Made by a program: the position numbers and the translations under genes. Source: an uncultured Anaerolineaceae bacterium (GTDB taxonomy: Bacteria; Chloroflexota; Limnocylindria; Limnocylindrales; CSP1-4). From it: a stretch of 32,048 nucleotides of DNA. This document shows positions 19,981 through 29,025 of this stretch, in pieces (position 1 is the first letter of the stretch; each line of letters starts with the position of its first letter). The stretch is taken from contig CAZFLI010000001.1 in assembly GCA_964519845.1 (NCBI GenBank), positions 1-32,048 of the forward strand, in the 5' to 3' direction. The notes below the pieces were generated by a model. It did no database searches, had not been told where the DNA came from, and saw only the letters and a list, made by a program, of their open reading frames with translations.

Positions 19981-21340
19981 TTGGGCGACCTCCCTCGGCG
20001 GCCGCAGCCTCAGCCGGACCGTGGGCTATCTCCTTGCGCAAGGTGTACAGCCACAGCCCGAAGAGCAGCGCGTACAGGGCAATGATCCCGCCAAGAGAGA
20101 CCGCGATGTCGCCGGCCGGCACCCCGGGCGAGACTCCCTGGGAGGTCATCAGCAGTCCCTGGATGACCCACGGCTGGCGGCCCATCTCGGTGACCATCCA
20201 GCCGAGCTCCACGGCCGCGACCGGCAGGGGAACGGCCAGCACGGCCAGCCACAGCCACCAGCGCCGTTTCTCGAGCGAGCGCCGCCACCAGAAGAAGACG
20301 CCCAGGGCCATCAGGAAAAGCATCAGCGAGCCGATGGCGACCATAGTGTGGAAGCCGAAGAAGACGGCCGAAATGGGCGGCCAGAGCGACTTGTCCGGCT
20401 GCTGGTCGAGACCCTTGACCTCGGCGTTGGGATCGAAGCCCATCAGCACGCTGAGGCCGTCCGGGATGGCGATCTTGAGGTCGTTCGGGCCGTGCTGGCT
20501 GGGCGGCAGACCGTAGATCGTGAGATCCGCGCCGCGCTGGGTCTGGAAGAGGCCTTCCATGGCGGCGAACTTGAGCGGCTGGTACTCGGCCACCTCGCGG
20601 ATCTGCATGTCGCCGGTGGCGAACATCGCGCCCGAGCCCATGAAGGCGACCGCCAGCGCCAGCCGGAGCGAGACCCGGGCGATGTCGAGATGGCGGCCCT
20701 TGAGCAGGTAGAAGGCGGAGATCCCGAGCAGGAAGAACGCCCCGGCGACGTAGCAGGCCGCGACGGTGTGCAGGAAGCGCGGGATGAACGACGGATTGAA
20801 GACCGCGGCCGCGAAGTCGACAAGCACCACCTTGGTGGCCGTGGCGCAGTTGCCCGGATCCGGATAGCACTCGTAGCCGGCCGGCGTGTGCATCCACGAC
20901 CCGGCCGACAGAATCCAGAAGGCCGACAGCAGCGTGCCGAAGGCGACCATTCCGGCCGACAGCCAGCGGGCCGTCGAGGAGATGCGCTTACGGCCGAAGA
21001 TGAGCAGGCCCAGGAAGGTCGATTCGATGAAGAAGGCGAAGACGCCCTCAGCCGCCAGCGGCGCGCCGAAGATGTCCCCCACGAAACCGGCGAAGGTCGA
21101 CCAGTTCGTCCCGAACTGGAACTCCATCACGATGCCGCTGACGACGCCCGTGACGAAAGTCACGGCGAACAGCCGGGTCAGGAAGACCGCCAGCCGGTCG
21201 TAGACCTCGTTGCGGGTCCACCAGCGAATCGTTTCGGTGATGGCCAGCAGTCCGGACAGGCCGATCGTGATCGTCGGGAAGATGAAGTGGAAACTGATCG
21301 TCAGCGCGAACTGGATACGGGCGAGGTCCAGGGCATCCAC
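19973..21340 (-). CDS. cydA: Cytochrome bd-type quinol oxidase subunit I
   Basis: It begins MDALDLARIQFALTISFHFIFPTITIGL, contains the GRQPW motif (EMGRQPWVIQG), and has GGAGGAG upstream of the ATG. Confidence 0.92.
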   Translation of the reverse strand: MDALDLARIQFALTISFHFIFPTITIGLSGLLAITETIRWWTRNEVYDRLAVFLTRLFAVTFVTGVVSGIVMEFQFGTNWSTFAGFVGDIFGAPLAAEGVFAFFIESTFLGLLIFGRKRISSTARWLSAGMVAFGTLLSAFWILSAGSWMHTPAGYECYPDPGNCATATKVVLVDFAAAVFNPSFIPRFLHTVAACYVAGAFFLLGISAFYLLKGRHLDIARVSLRLALAVAFMGSGAMFATGDMQIREVAEYQPLKFAAMEGLFQTQRGADLTIYGLPPSQHGPNDLKIAIPDGLSVLMGFDPNAEVKGLDQQPDKSLWPPISAVFFGFHTMVAIGSLMLFLMALGVFFWWRRSLEKRRWWLWLAVLAVPLPVAAVELGWMVTEMGRQPWVIQGLLMTSQGVSPGVPAGDIAVSLGGIIALYALLFGLWLYTLRKEIAHGPAEAAAAEGGRPNA

Positions 21341-21473
21341 GGGCGCTCCTCCACTTCGACGATCACTCCGGCTCGGCGCCGGCAGACCGCCTGGGCCGCG
21401 GCCTTGCAGCCCCGATTATGAAGGAGCGGGTTGGTCGAAACCAGATGTGCCGTCAGGCGGGCGCGGTCCGGCT

Positions 21474-23786
21474 CTAGGGCGAGGAGGCCGGCACGAAGTA
21501 GCCCATGATGTCGATCATGAAGTGGGTCTTCCCGCCGGCCGTCGGCTCGTAGATGACCCCGATCGAGCCGCCCGGCCCGAGGCTGACGTCGAAGCCGTTG
21601 GCTCGCGTGTCGCCCCTGGGGAAGTTGAGCGTGGAGAAGGTTGGGACCTCGCCCGGATCCCACTTGGGAGCCACCGTCATGTAGCCGGCGATGGTCTCGG
21701 CAGTCACGGTGACGTTGCCGGCGATGCCGTTGGCCTGGGCCGGAATGCCGCCCCGGCCGGTCATCTGGATCGTCACCGCGGAGTTGACGACGATCGGTCC
21801 GAGGAAGGGCAGGTTGGCCCGGCTGTCGACGAAGCGGGTCGGCTCGATAGGCACGAACTTGGAGCCACCCAGGCCGTCCAGCCAGCAGCCGGTCCCGTCG
21901 AACAACAGGTCGGCCGTCGAGCCGCGCGGCCCGGACCAGATGACGCCCAGGGTCCCGCCCGGACCGAGCTTGACCGTCGTCCCGTTGGCCCGAGTGTCGC
22001 CCTTGGGGGCGTTGATGGTGGACGACCTGATGCTCGTCAGGACCGCCGTGGGTCCGACGAAGGCCCAGCCGAGGGCGGTCGGCTTGACCAGGGTGAAGTT
22101 GCCGGTGACGGCCACGGCGTTCGCCGGCACGCCTCCACGACCGGTTACCTGGAAGGTCTTGTCTCTGCCGGCCACGAAGCGGCCCTTGATCCCGCCGATG
22201 CCGCTGCGGCTGTCGAGCAGGCGGCTCGGGGCGAGCGGCACGAACGTGGCCCCGGTGTCGTCGGCGGTGAAGTAGCCGGTGACGTCGAACACGACGTGGG
22301 TCCGGCCGGCGCCCAGGAAGACGACGGACAGCTTGCCGTCGGCATCGAGGGCAACGGTGACGTTGTTGGCCCGGTTGTCGGCCGTGCCGTGGTTCAGGGT
22401 CGAGAAGGTCGGGGCGGCAGTGAATACAGGCCCGATGACCAGCGTGCCCGGGGTGGTCGAGCGGGTGGTCGTCAGGTTGCCGGTGATGGCCACGGCGTTG
22501 GTCGGGATCGGGGTGCGGCCGCTCACCTGGAACTGGCGAGGTGCACTCGAGTAGAAGTAGCCACTCAGGCCGATGCCGGCTCGCGTGTCGAGCAGTCGGG
22601 TGGGCGCGACGGGGTGGTACGTGGTGGCGGGGAAGGTCAGCTTGGCCGGCGGCGGGGTGTACACCTCGGCTGAGGCCGCGTAGCCGGAGCCGTAGATACG
22701 ACCGCCGGCGGCCATGACGCTGCCGTCGGACAGGGTGGCGACGGCGTGATAGCGGCGCCCTAGCCTCATCGGCCCGCTGGCCGTCCAGCCGCCGAGGGCC
22801 GGATCGTACAGGTCGGTCGTGGTGAGGGCCTGCGATGAGCTGGACCCGAAGCCGCCGGCGGCCAGCAGCCGGCCGTCGGGCAGGACGCTGAGGCTCAGCC
22901 CGGCGCGGACGGTCGACATGAAGCCGGTCAGGGCCCAGTGCCCGGTCGCCGGGTCGTACAGCTCGGCCGTGCTCTGAGCGGCGCCGGAGGCGTCCGTGCC
23001 GCCGGCAACGAGGACGCGGCCGTCGCCGAGGCGCACCGCGGCGGCGTCGACCCGCACCTTCTTCATCGACTCGGCCGCCGACCAGGAGTCGGTGCTCGGG
23101 TCGTAGATGCGGACCGAGGACAATGCCGAGTTCGGAGCCAGCGTGCCGGAGTCGCCGCCCGCGACCAGGACCCGGCCGTCGGAAAGGGTCGTGGCGGTGA
23201 AGGCGTAGCGGGCCTCGGGCAGGGGCGCGGCCGCGCTCCACGTGCCGGCCGATGCGGAGTAGACGTCGACCGCGCCGGTGACCAGGGACGGACCGCCGTC
23301 GTAGCCGCCGATGACCATGACGTCGCCGTTCTGAAGCTGGGCGGCCACGCCGTAGGCATGTGCGTGGGCCATGGCCGGGGTCTGCGTCCATGTTCCGGCG
23401 ACCGGATCGAACAGATCGCCGAAGGTGTAGTAGCTGGTCATGCCGGCGCCGCCGGCGAACAGGGCCTTGCCGTTGGGCAGGAGAGCCGCAACCTGGCCGG
23501 CGACAGCCTGACCCGTGGCTCCGGCGGCCGACCATGTGCCTCCCGACCAGCGCTCCGCGGCGGCCGTGTAGGTGGAGCCGTCTGTGCCGCCGGCGGTAAT
23601 GACGGTGCCGTCACCGAGGGCCACGAGGGGCGCGAAACCGCGGGCATGAGCCATCTCGCCCGTCAGCTCCCAGCCGGCGGGGGTCGCATCGGCGGCCACG
23701 ACAGGGGCGGGAATCGCCATGCCCGTGGCGGACAGGGCGACCAGCGCGACGGCCTTGGCTATTCGTCGAGACAGGGCTCGCAGCAT
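21474..23786 (-). CDS. Secreted protein: signal peptide, about 7 Kelch-type propeller blades, then three tandem copies of a ~125-aa uncharacterised domain
   Basis: Track ORF 21474..23939 was trimmed to the ATG at 23786 (MLRALSRRIAKAVALVALSATGMAIPAPVVAADA), with GGAGA upstream. Kelch-like blades are LGDGTVITAGG, LPNGKALFAGG, LQNGDVMVIGG, LSDGRVLVAGG, LGDGRVLVAGG, LPDGRLLAAGG and LSDGSVMAAGG. The C-terminal repeats are described in the next feature. Confidence 0.8.
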   Translation of the reverse strand: MLRALSRRIAKAVALVALSATGMAIPAPVVAADATPAGWELTGEMAHARGFAPLVALGDGTVITAGGTDGSTYTAAAERWSGGTWSAAGATGQAVAGQVAALLPNGKALFAGGAGMTSYYTFGDLFDPVAGTWTQTPAMAHAHAYGVAAQLQNGDVMVIGGYDGGPSLVTGAVDVYSASAGTWSAAAPLPEARYAFTATTLSDGRVLVAGGDSGTLAPNSALSSVRIYDPSTDSWSAAESMKKVRVDAAAVRLGDGRVLVAGGTDASGAAQSTAELYDPATGHWALTGFMSTVRAGLSLSVLPDGRLLAAGGFGSSSSQALTTTDLYDPALGGWTASGPMRLGRRYHAVATLSDGSVMAAGGRIYGSGYAASAEVYTPPPAKLTFPATTYHPVAPTRLLDTRAGIGLSGYFYSSAPRQFQVSGRTPIPTNAVAITGNLTTTRSTTPGTLVIGPVFTAAPTFSTLNHGTADNRANNVTVALDADGKLSVVFLGAGRTHVVFDVTGYFTADDTGATFVPLAPSRLLDSRSGIGGIKGRFVAGRDKTFQVTGRGGVPANAVAVTGNFTLVKPTALGWAFVGPTAVLTSIRSSTINAPKGDTRANGTTVKLGPGGTLGVIWSGPRGSTADLLFDGTGCWLDGLGGSKFVPIEPTRFVDSRANLPFLGPIVVNSAVTIQMTGRGGIPAQANGIAGNVTVTAETIAGYMTVAPKWDPGEVPTFSTLNFPRGDTRANGFDVSLGPGGSIGVIYEPTAGGKTHFMIDIMGYFVPASSP
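21477..22637 (-). repeat. Three tandem in-frame repeats of a ~125-130-aa domain (approximately 22637..22257, 22256..21867, 21866..21477)
   Basis: The shared skeleton is [YF]xP[VLI]xPxR[LF][LV]D[TS]R ... FQVTGRGG[VI]PAxAxx[VI]xGNxT ... S[TS][LI]N ... GDTRANG ... GYF. It is seen in all three units (PTRLLDTR, PSRLLDSR, PTRFVDSR). Unit 2 ends TGCW instead of GYF. Confidence 0.7.
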
Positions 23787-24060
23787 CTCGTCTCCGATTG
23801 TCTGGGCCCCAGTCGGGGCTCCGCATGAAGGCTGATCGGGGGGCCGCATACAGGCCCCGCACCCTTGAACCGGCGGCGGTGGACGCAGGTTCGGCCGGCA
23901 TTCCGGCCCGTGCAGGGGCCAGTGTGCCCTTCCTGCCATGGTCGCGCAACCCCGGTGAAGGGGCCATGGGCACCCTCACCGATGGTCCGGTCTCCTTGTC
24001 TGGGGCTTACGGTGCCGTATTCTCTGCAAGACGTCCCGCTGCAATTCCGCAGAGGCAAAG

Positions 24061-24987
24061 GTGATCCAAGCCAACGATTCGGCGCCCACGCCCCAGATGG
24101 CCCACCGGCGCAGGTCGGGCGCCAGGTTGCCCCGTCGGGCGGCGATCGGCCTGCCCGCCGTCGCTCTGGGCATGATCGCGGTGATCGCGCTCGTGGCCGC
24201 GCCGACCCTGTCGCCGGCCGGACCGACCCCCTCGTCGACGCCGACCGAGACTCCCACCGACTCGCCGACCGCAACCCCGACGCCCGAGTCCACCTACGGA
24301 CCGATGGTCTTCAACCCAACGGGCCCTACACCCGGCCCCACGCCCATCCCGCCCTCAAAGCTGACGGGCTACATCTGGCCGCTGGTCGGCGGCAAGATTC
24401 CGCTGATCATCACGCTGCCCTTCGGCCACTTCAGGTGGGGCGAGCTGCTGGTGGATGGCGAGCCGTTCCACGACGGTGTGGACATGGCCACCGATTGCGG
24501 CGACAACGTCTATGCGGCCCACGAGGGAGTGGTCCTCGCCGCCGGCCGTGACTACGTGGACTACGTGGGCTGGCAGGGCGACCTGACCGCGTACAAGAGG
24601 CTCTTCAGGACTCCCAGCTGGAAGGAGACGCTGCCGATCGTAATCGTCATCGACGACGGGAACGGCTATCGCAGCATCTATGCCCACGAGTCGGCGGTCA
24701 CGGTCAAAGCAGGCGACCACGTCAAGGTCGGGCAGAAGATCGGCATCGAAGGCGCCAGCGGTGCCGGAACGACCGGCTGCCACCTTCACTACAGCCTGTT
24801 CTCGCCCAGGGAAACAGAGCTGTGGGAGAACCCGCCGGAGTACGTCGCCCGGATGAAGTTGCCGCCACTGATCATCAAGAGGGTGGATCCGTTGCTGGTC
24901 CTGCCGTATCGCCACGAGTTCGAAGAGATGCGCACGCTCCGTCCGAGCGACGCCGCCGCCTGGATCTCCTCGGAGCCGAAGGGCTGA
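24061..24987 (+). CDS. M23 (LytM/lysostaphin-type) metallopeptidase with an N-terminal membrane anchor and a Pro/Thr-rich linker
   Basis: It has the H-x-x-x-D motif (FHDGVDM) and the H-x-H motif (GCHLHYSL), a TM segment GLPAVALGMIAVIALVAAP, and a PTPSSTPTETPTDSPTATPTPE linker. GTG 24061 is used as the start; ATG 24097 is an alternative. Confidence 0.82.
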   Translation: MIQANDSAPTPQMAHRRRSGARLPRRAAIGLPAVALGMIAVIALVAAPTLSPAGPTPSSTPTETPTDSPTATPTPESTYGPMVFNPTGPTPGPTPIPPSKLTGYIWPLVGGKIPLIITLPFGHFRWGELLVDGEPFHDGVDMATDCGDNVYAAHEGVVLAAGRDYVDYVGWQGDLTAYKRLFRTPSWKETLPIVIVIDDGNGYRSIYAHESAVTVKAGDHVKVGQKIGIEGASGAGTTGCHLHYSLFSPRETELWENPPEYVARMKLPPLIIKRVDPLLVLPYRHEFEEMRTLRPSDAAAWISSEPKG

Positions 24988-24997
24988 TCGCCGGCCC

Positions 24998-26452
24998 TCA
25001 GACCATGCGCCGGTAGCGGCGCGCAACCAGGAAGTAGGCCGGCAGCCCCGACAGCGACTGGCTGAGCGGCGCCGCCGGGGCCCCATCGCGGTCCACTATC
25101 GCCAGCAGCGAGTCGGTGGCCGTGGCCTCCGCCGGGCGGGCGTCTATCTCGGCCAGATCGACGGCCACCTTGCCGGGCTCTTCCGGCCCCAGTTCGCGTC
25201 GGACCGCTTCCAGCACTCCCTCGCGATCCGCGGCTTCGTACGAGCGGCGAATCTCGGCTTCAGCCCGCCAGCGCGGCCGGCGCAGCAGGATCCGCTGCCA
25301 GACCTTGCCCACCGGCGGCGTGACCGTCCCGTCGGCCGGAACCGGATTGGCCGACAGCGCCTCGCCCCTGGCCCAAAGCGCCGCCTGGTGCAGCAGCGCG
25401 TACTCGTCCAGATCCACGTAGTGGCCCAGATCATCGGCCGGAGAGGCAGCGCCGAAGATGGCTTCGACGCTGGAGCGGAAGACCTCGGCCATGTCGCGGT
25501 CGATGGCCCGAACGGACCGGTGGAAGTAGATCTGCTGGTACATGAACAGCCGGGCCGTCAAGAACATCTCCAGAGCGCCCAGGGCAGGCTCATAGAGCGA
25601 CAGGCCGCGCGGCCCCACGAAGCTGTACCGGCGCAGCCGTTCAACATCCACCGGGCCCGTGGAGACGCCGATCATGTAGCTATCGCGCCGGACGTAGTCC
25701 AGGTTGTCCACGGTGAAGACGCCCGACAGCAAGGGCTGGAGCCAGCGAACCCAGAGCGGCATGCTCGGGTCTTTCAGGGCCGGCTTGGAGATGAGGAACG
25801 AGATCCAGCGCGGATCGATGCGCTCGTCCTCGCCCAGGGCGTCGCGCTCGGGAACCTCTCCGGGGGCGCGCCGGATGGCGGCTATCTTGTCGCCCAGCTC
25901 CCGCTCGATGATCAGCTGCGAGAGGTCCTCATGGGTGAGGATCTTGGCCCGCCCCCGGCGCGGGTCGGCAGGCGCCCGGAAGTAGCACAGGACGTGATCG
26001 TCGAAGAAGTGGGCGAACGGACCGTGACCCACGTCGTGGAGCAGCCCGGCCAGGCGCAGCGTCTCGACGACCAGGCCCTCGGACGGGGCCGCGGCCTCCG
26101 GCTCGGCCGACGCCAGCGCCGTCCTCAGGCTCGGGTACAACTGGCGGCCCCACAGCCCGGCTTCGTGCATGACCCCCAGGCTGTGGGTGAAGCGGCTGTG
26201 CTCGGCCGTGGGGAAGACCCAGCGCGCGCTCTGGTCGAGGCTTATCCGGCGCAGTCTCTGGAGCCAGGCGGAGTCGAGCAAGTCGCCCTCGGCCGCATCC
26301 TCGGAGCCGACGCCGACATCGCGCGCCCGTTCGAGTGTGAGGCGCTTGGTCAGCTCGATGTAGCCGTAGATGGGATCGCTGATCAGATTGACGCCCCACA
26401 TCAACGGATGCGATCTGTTGGCCGGCGCGGTGCTCTCGGGCTCCATCGCCAC
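24998..26452 (-). CDS. HD-domain phosphohydrolase of the SAMHD1/EF1143-like (COG1078) dNTP triphosphohydrolase type
   Basis: It contains RFTHSLGVMH...LAGLLHDVGHGPFAHFFD...VDNLDYVRRDSYMIGV, i.e. the H...HD...D metal-binding residues in the arrangement typical of this family. Length is 484 aa. Confidence 0.8.
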   Translation of the reverse strand: MAMEPESTAPANRSHPLMWGVNLISDPIYGYIELTKRLTLERARDVGVGSEDAAEGDLLDSAWLQRLRRISLDQSARWVFPTAEHSRFTHSLGVMHEAGLWGRQLYPSLRTALASAEPEAAAPSEGLVVETLRLAGLLHDVGHGPFAHFFDDHVLCYFRAPADPRRGRAKILTHEDLSQLIIERELGDKIAAIRRAPGEVPERDALGEDERIDPRWISFLISKPALKDPSMPLWVRWLQPLLSGVFTVDNLDYVRRDSYMIGVSTGPVDVERLRRYSFVGPRGLSLYEPALGALEMFLTARLFMYQQIYFHRSVRAIDRDMAEVFRSSVEAIFGAASPADDLGHYVDLDEYALLHQAALWARGEALSANPVPADGTVTPPVGKVWQRILLRRPRWRAEAEIRRSYEAADREGVLEAVRRELGPEEPGKVAVDLAEIDARPAEATATDSLLAIVDRDGAPAAPLSQSLSGLPAYFLVARRYRRMV

Positions 26453-26491
26453 AAATGTATCCTGCCGCGCCAGTGCCGTGCGCCCGGCCGG

Positions 26492-27520
26492 CTACCGGCC
26501 GTAGCGGGCGGCCGCGGTACGGAGGACGGCGGCCACCTCGTCGCGCAGCTCAACTGGAGCCAGGACTTCGGCCTGGGATCCCCAGCCGAGGATCCAGCGC
26601 CGGATCTCGATCGTGCCGGGAACGCGGGCCCGCCACACCACCGAGCCGTCCTCCTGACGCTCGACCTTCTCGGTGGGGTGCCAGGTCGTCTCGGTCACCA
26701 GCCCGGCGATGGCGGCCTCGAAGCGGACGACGACCTCCACCTCCTCCTGGTCGGCAATCACTCCCCAGGCCCGGCCCAGCTCAGCCTGCACAGCGGCCGG
26801 ATCGGGCGCCTCGAAGGTCTCCGGCGTCAGGGCCAGCTCGATGATCCGTTGCAGCCGGAAGGTGCGCAGAGCCTGCCGAGACTCGTCGTATGCGATCAGG
26901 TACAGGGCACGGGTGGAGGCAGAGGCCTCGAGCAGATAGGGATGAACGCGAGCCCGGCGAGGCGGCCGGCCCGGGCTGTGGGCCGCCGCGTCGTAGACCA
27001 GCTCGACGATGCGGCGCTCGACCCACGCTTTCGCCAGCAGGCGCAGGTGGCGGCTGAGACGCTCGTCCGGCGGTCGAGCGGCCAGCACGTCGATGGTTCG
27101 CTCCAGGTGGCGGGCAACCTCCGGCGGCAGGATTTCGGCCAGCTTCTGGAAGGCCGCCCCCGTGTCCGGGTCGTATCGGTCGGCGAACTGAGCCGTCAGC
27201 CGCGCGGCCAGGAAGAAGGCGACGGCCTCCTCCAAGGTCAGGCGCAAGGGCGGCAGGAAGGCGCCATCGACGATGCCCCAACGCCCCTCCCCGCTCCACA
27301 GGGGAATGCCGATCTCGCCCTCGAGGGCCTCCAGATCGCGATAGACGGTCCGGCGGGACATCCCGGTGAAGCCGGCGATGGCGTCCGGAGTGGCGCCCTC
27401 GGGGTGAGCCCGCAGATAGTGCAGCACCTTGTAGAAGCGGGCCAGCCGGTCGTGCTTGGCGGAGGCGCGGTCCGAGGTTCGTGCCGGCTCGAGGCGGGGG
27501 CCCCCGTCGCCCGGCATCAC
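26492..27520 (-). CDS. HTH-WYL-WCX transcriptional regulator (YafY/PafBC/BrxR-like architecture)
   Basis: The N-terminal winged HTH is RLARFYKVLHYLRAHPEGATPDAIAGFTGMSRRTVYRDLEALE. The WYL-type core is ALYLIAYDESRQALRTFRLQRI. It also has a C-terminal extension domain. The start GTG 27520 (or ATG 27517) overlaps the upstream gene's TGA. Confidence 0.8.
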   Translation of the reverse strand: MMPGDGGPRLEPARTSDRASAKHDRLARFYKVLHYLRAHPEGATPDAIAGFTGMSRRTVYRDLEALEGEIGIPLWSGEGRWGIVDGAFLPPLRLTLEEAVAFFLAARLTAQFADRYDPDTGAAFQKLAEILPPEVARHLERTIDVLAARPPDERLSRHLRLLAKAWVERRIVELVYDAAAHSPGRPPRRARVHPYLLEASASTRALYLIAYDESRQALRTFRLQRIIELALTPETFEAPDPAAVQAELGRAWGVIADQEEVEVVVRFEAAIAGLVTETTWHPTEKVERQEDGSVVWRARVPGTIEIRRWILGWGSQAEVLAPVELRDEVAAVLRTAAARYGR

Positions 27521-28701
27521 TCGGGCGGGTCGATGTGGACGGCTCGGCCCCGGTCGGTGGCGGTCAGCTTGGCGTTGATGGTCGCCTGCACGCCGTTGGG
27601 CAAGATCGCCTCGCCCAGGCCGTTGACGATCGCCTCGACGCGCCCAACCTGCCCGTCTCCGAACACCCAGAAGTCGAGCTTGCCGCGCCAGGTCTCCATG
27701 CTCGCCCCGCCGGTGAGCCAGACGACCTGGGGAAAGGCGGCCTCGAAGGTGCCGCCATCGATGACCAGACGGCAGTGGCGGGCCCGCGCCCCCTCAACGT
27801 ACTCGAGCCCTCGGTCCTCGGCCGTGACGCGATTTCCGGCCGCCAGAGCCCGATCAACAACCGTCGCGTCGATCAGCCGGCCGTCAAGCGAAGCGGCCTC
27901 GACCGCCTGCCAGCCCCGCCCGGGCACGAGCTCCCAGGCATCGTCTCCGATGCGGACCACGCCCCGCTCGACGAGCTGGTCGCGGCTGTAGGTCCAGGCC
28001 GTCCACGACACGTCGCTCCCGGAGCGAATGCCCTGTAGGTCCACGCTGCCTATGGCGTGGCCGTCGACGTTGCCGTCGATCTGCAGGCGCAGGTCGGCCG
28101 TGGCGCCGGCCGACAGAACGTCGTCGCACGCGGGCGGCGACAGCGCCGAATCGGTCGGACCGAAGCGCGACTGGGTGGCCGGTCGGTCGCGCAGAGCGGC
28201 GTAGTTGGCCAGGCTTACACCGGCGAAGACCGTGCCGATGGCCAGACTTGTAGCCAGGGCGAAAGCGACCGAGACCGTCAGCCGCCGGCGCCCGAAGCCG
28301 GTCTCGACGACCAGCTCCCGGCCGATGCCCAAACCGGCGAAGAGCGCGGTCGCCAGCAGTGCCAGGACCCACGGATAGACGACCTCGGCCGAGGGCAGCA
28401 CCGGGGTGGTTCGCTGGGCCAGCACCTCGCCGGTGACGGCGGCTATGCAGGGGACAAGCAGCAGGCCGGCCAGCAGGCCGAGCCACATGACCCCCGCCGA
28501 TCCCCGCCGGCTGGTGACCAGGGGCGGCCAGACAAAGCCGGCCACGCTGACCAGCAGGGGCAGCAACGCCGACGCGCCGACCAGCAGGTCCCACGGGCCG
28601 CCCGGCCGGTAGGCGATCAGCACGATGAACCCGCCGAGGGTCCATAGAACGGTCAGCGCCGCGGCCAGAAGCCGCAGCTCGAAGAGGCGGACTCGCACCA
28701 T
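27517..28701 (-). CDS. Membrane protein: about 5 N-terminal TM helices plus a ~215-aa extracytoplasmic domain of unknown function
   Basis: It begins MVRVRLFELRLLAAALTVLWTLGGFIVLIAY and has four further hydrophobic segments. A soluble beta-rich region follows (DLRLQIDGNVDGHAIGSVDLQGIRSGSDVSWTAW...KLDFWVFGDGQVGRVEAIVNG). It is translationally coupled to the WYL regulator gene. Confidence 0.65.
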   Translation of the reverse strand: MVRVRLFELRLLAAALTVLWTLGGFIVLIAYRPGGPWDLLVGASALLPLLVSVAGFVWPPLVTSRRGSAGVMWLGLLAGLLLVPCIAAVTGEVLAQRTTPVLPSAEVVYPWVLALLATALFAGLGIGRELVVETGFGRRRLTVSVAFALATSLAIGTVFAGVSLANYAALRDRPATQSRFGPTDSALSPPACDDVLSAGATADLRLQIDGNVDGHAIGSVDLQGIRSGSDVSWTAWTYSRDQLVERGVVRIGDDAWELVPGRGWQAVEAASLDGRLIDATVVDRALAAGNRVTAEDRGLEYVEGARARHCRLVIDGGTFEAAFPQVVWLTGGASMETWRGKLDFWVFGDGQVGRVEAIVNGLGEAILPNGVQATINAKLTATDRGRAVHIDPPE

Positions 28702-29025
28702 CGCAGTCTAGCGGCGGCGAGGCGGAATCGGCGGCCCTCGGGCTCGCCCGACCGCCGGAGCGGGGCACAAGAAGACGCCCGAAGGAACCTTCTCGCTGCG
28801 TGGGCATTGATGTCATCGCAGCCGCTAGCAGTCACTCAGCCCCTTCAGGCGTGCCAGGAACAGTAGAGGGGGTTGCCCCGTCCTTCAACCCTGTTGTCCA
28901 CCGGCACGCCACCCAAAGTAGGTGACTTATCCACCGTCAATCCACTATCGCCGGAGCCGACACGGGCTGGCCTTGCGGACGCAGCAGGCGGTAGGCCGGG
29001 TCTGCCGACGAGGCCGGCGGAGCGG

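Noticed and set aside
21301-23535. 744-aa minus-strand ORF in a different frame from the Kelch protein
   Set aside because: It has extreme Arg/Pro/Gly/His content. The 21474..23786 frame gives a signal peptide, Kelch blades and a coherent triplicated domain.
25388-27991. 867-aa + strand ORF
   Set aside because: It is antisense to the HD, WYL and membrane-protein genes and crosses their junctions. It has no domain signatures.
27884-28835. ORFs 27884..28816 (310 aa) and 28653..28835 (60 aa), upstream of and overlapping the membrane-protein gene
   Set aside because: They are out of frame with the hydrophobic, coherent 27517..28701 product. They are Arg/Pro/Gly-rich shadows.
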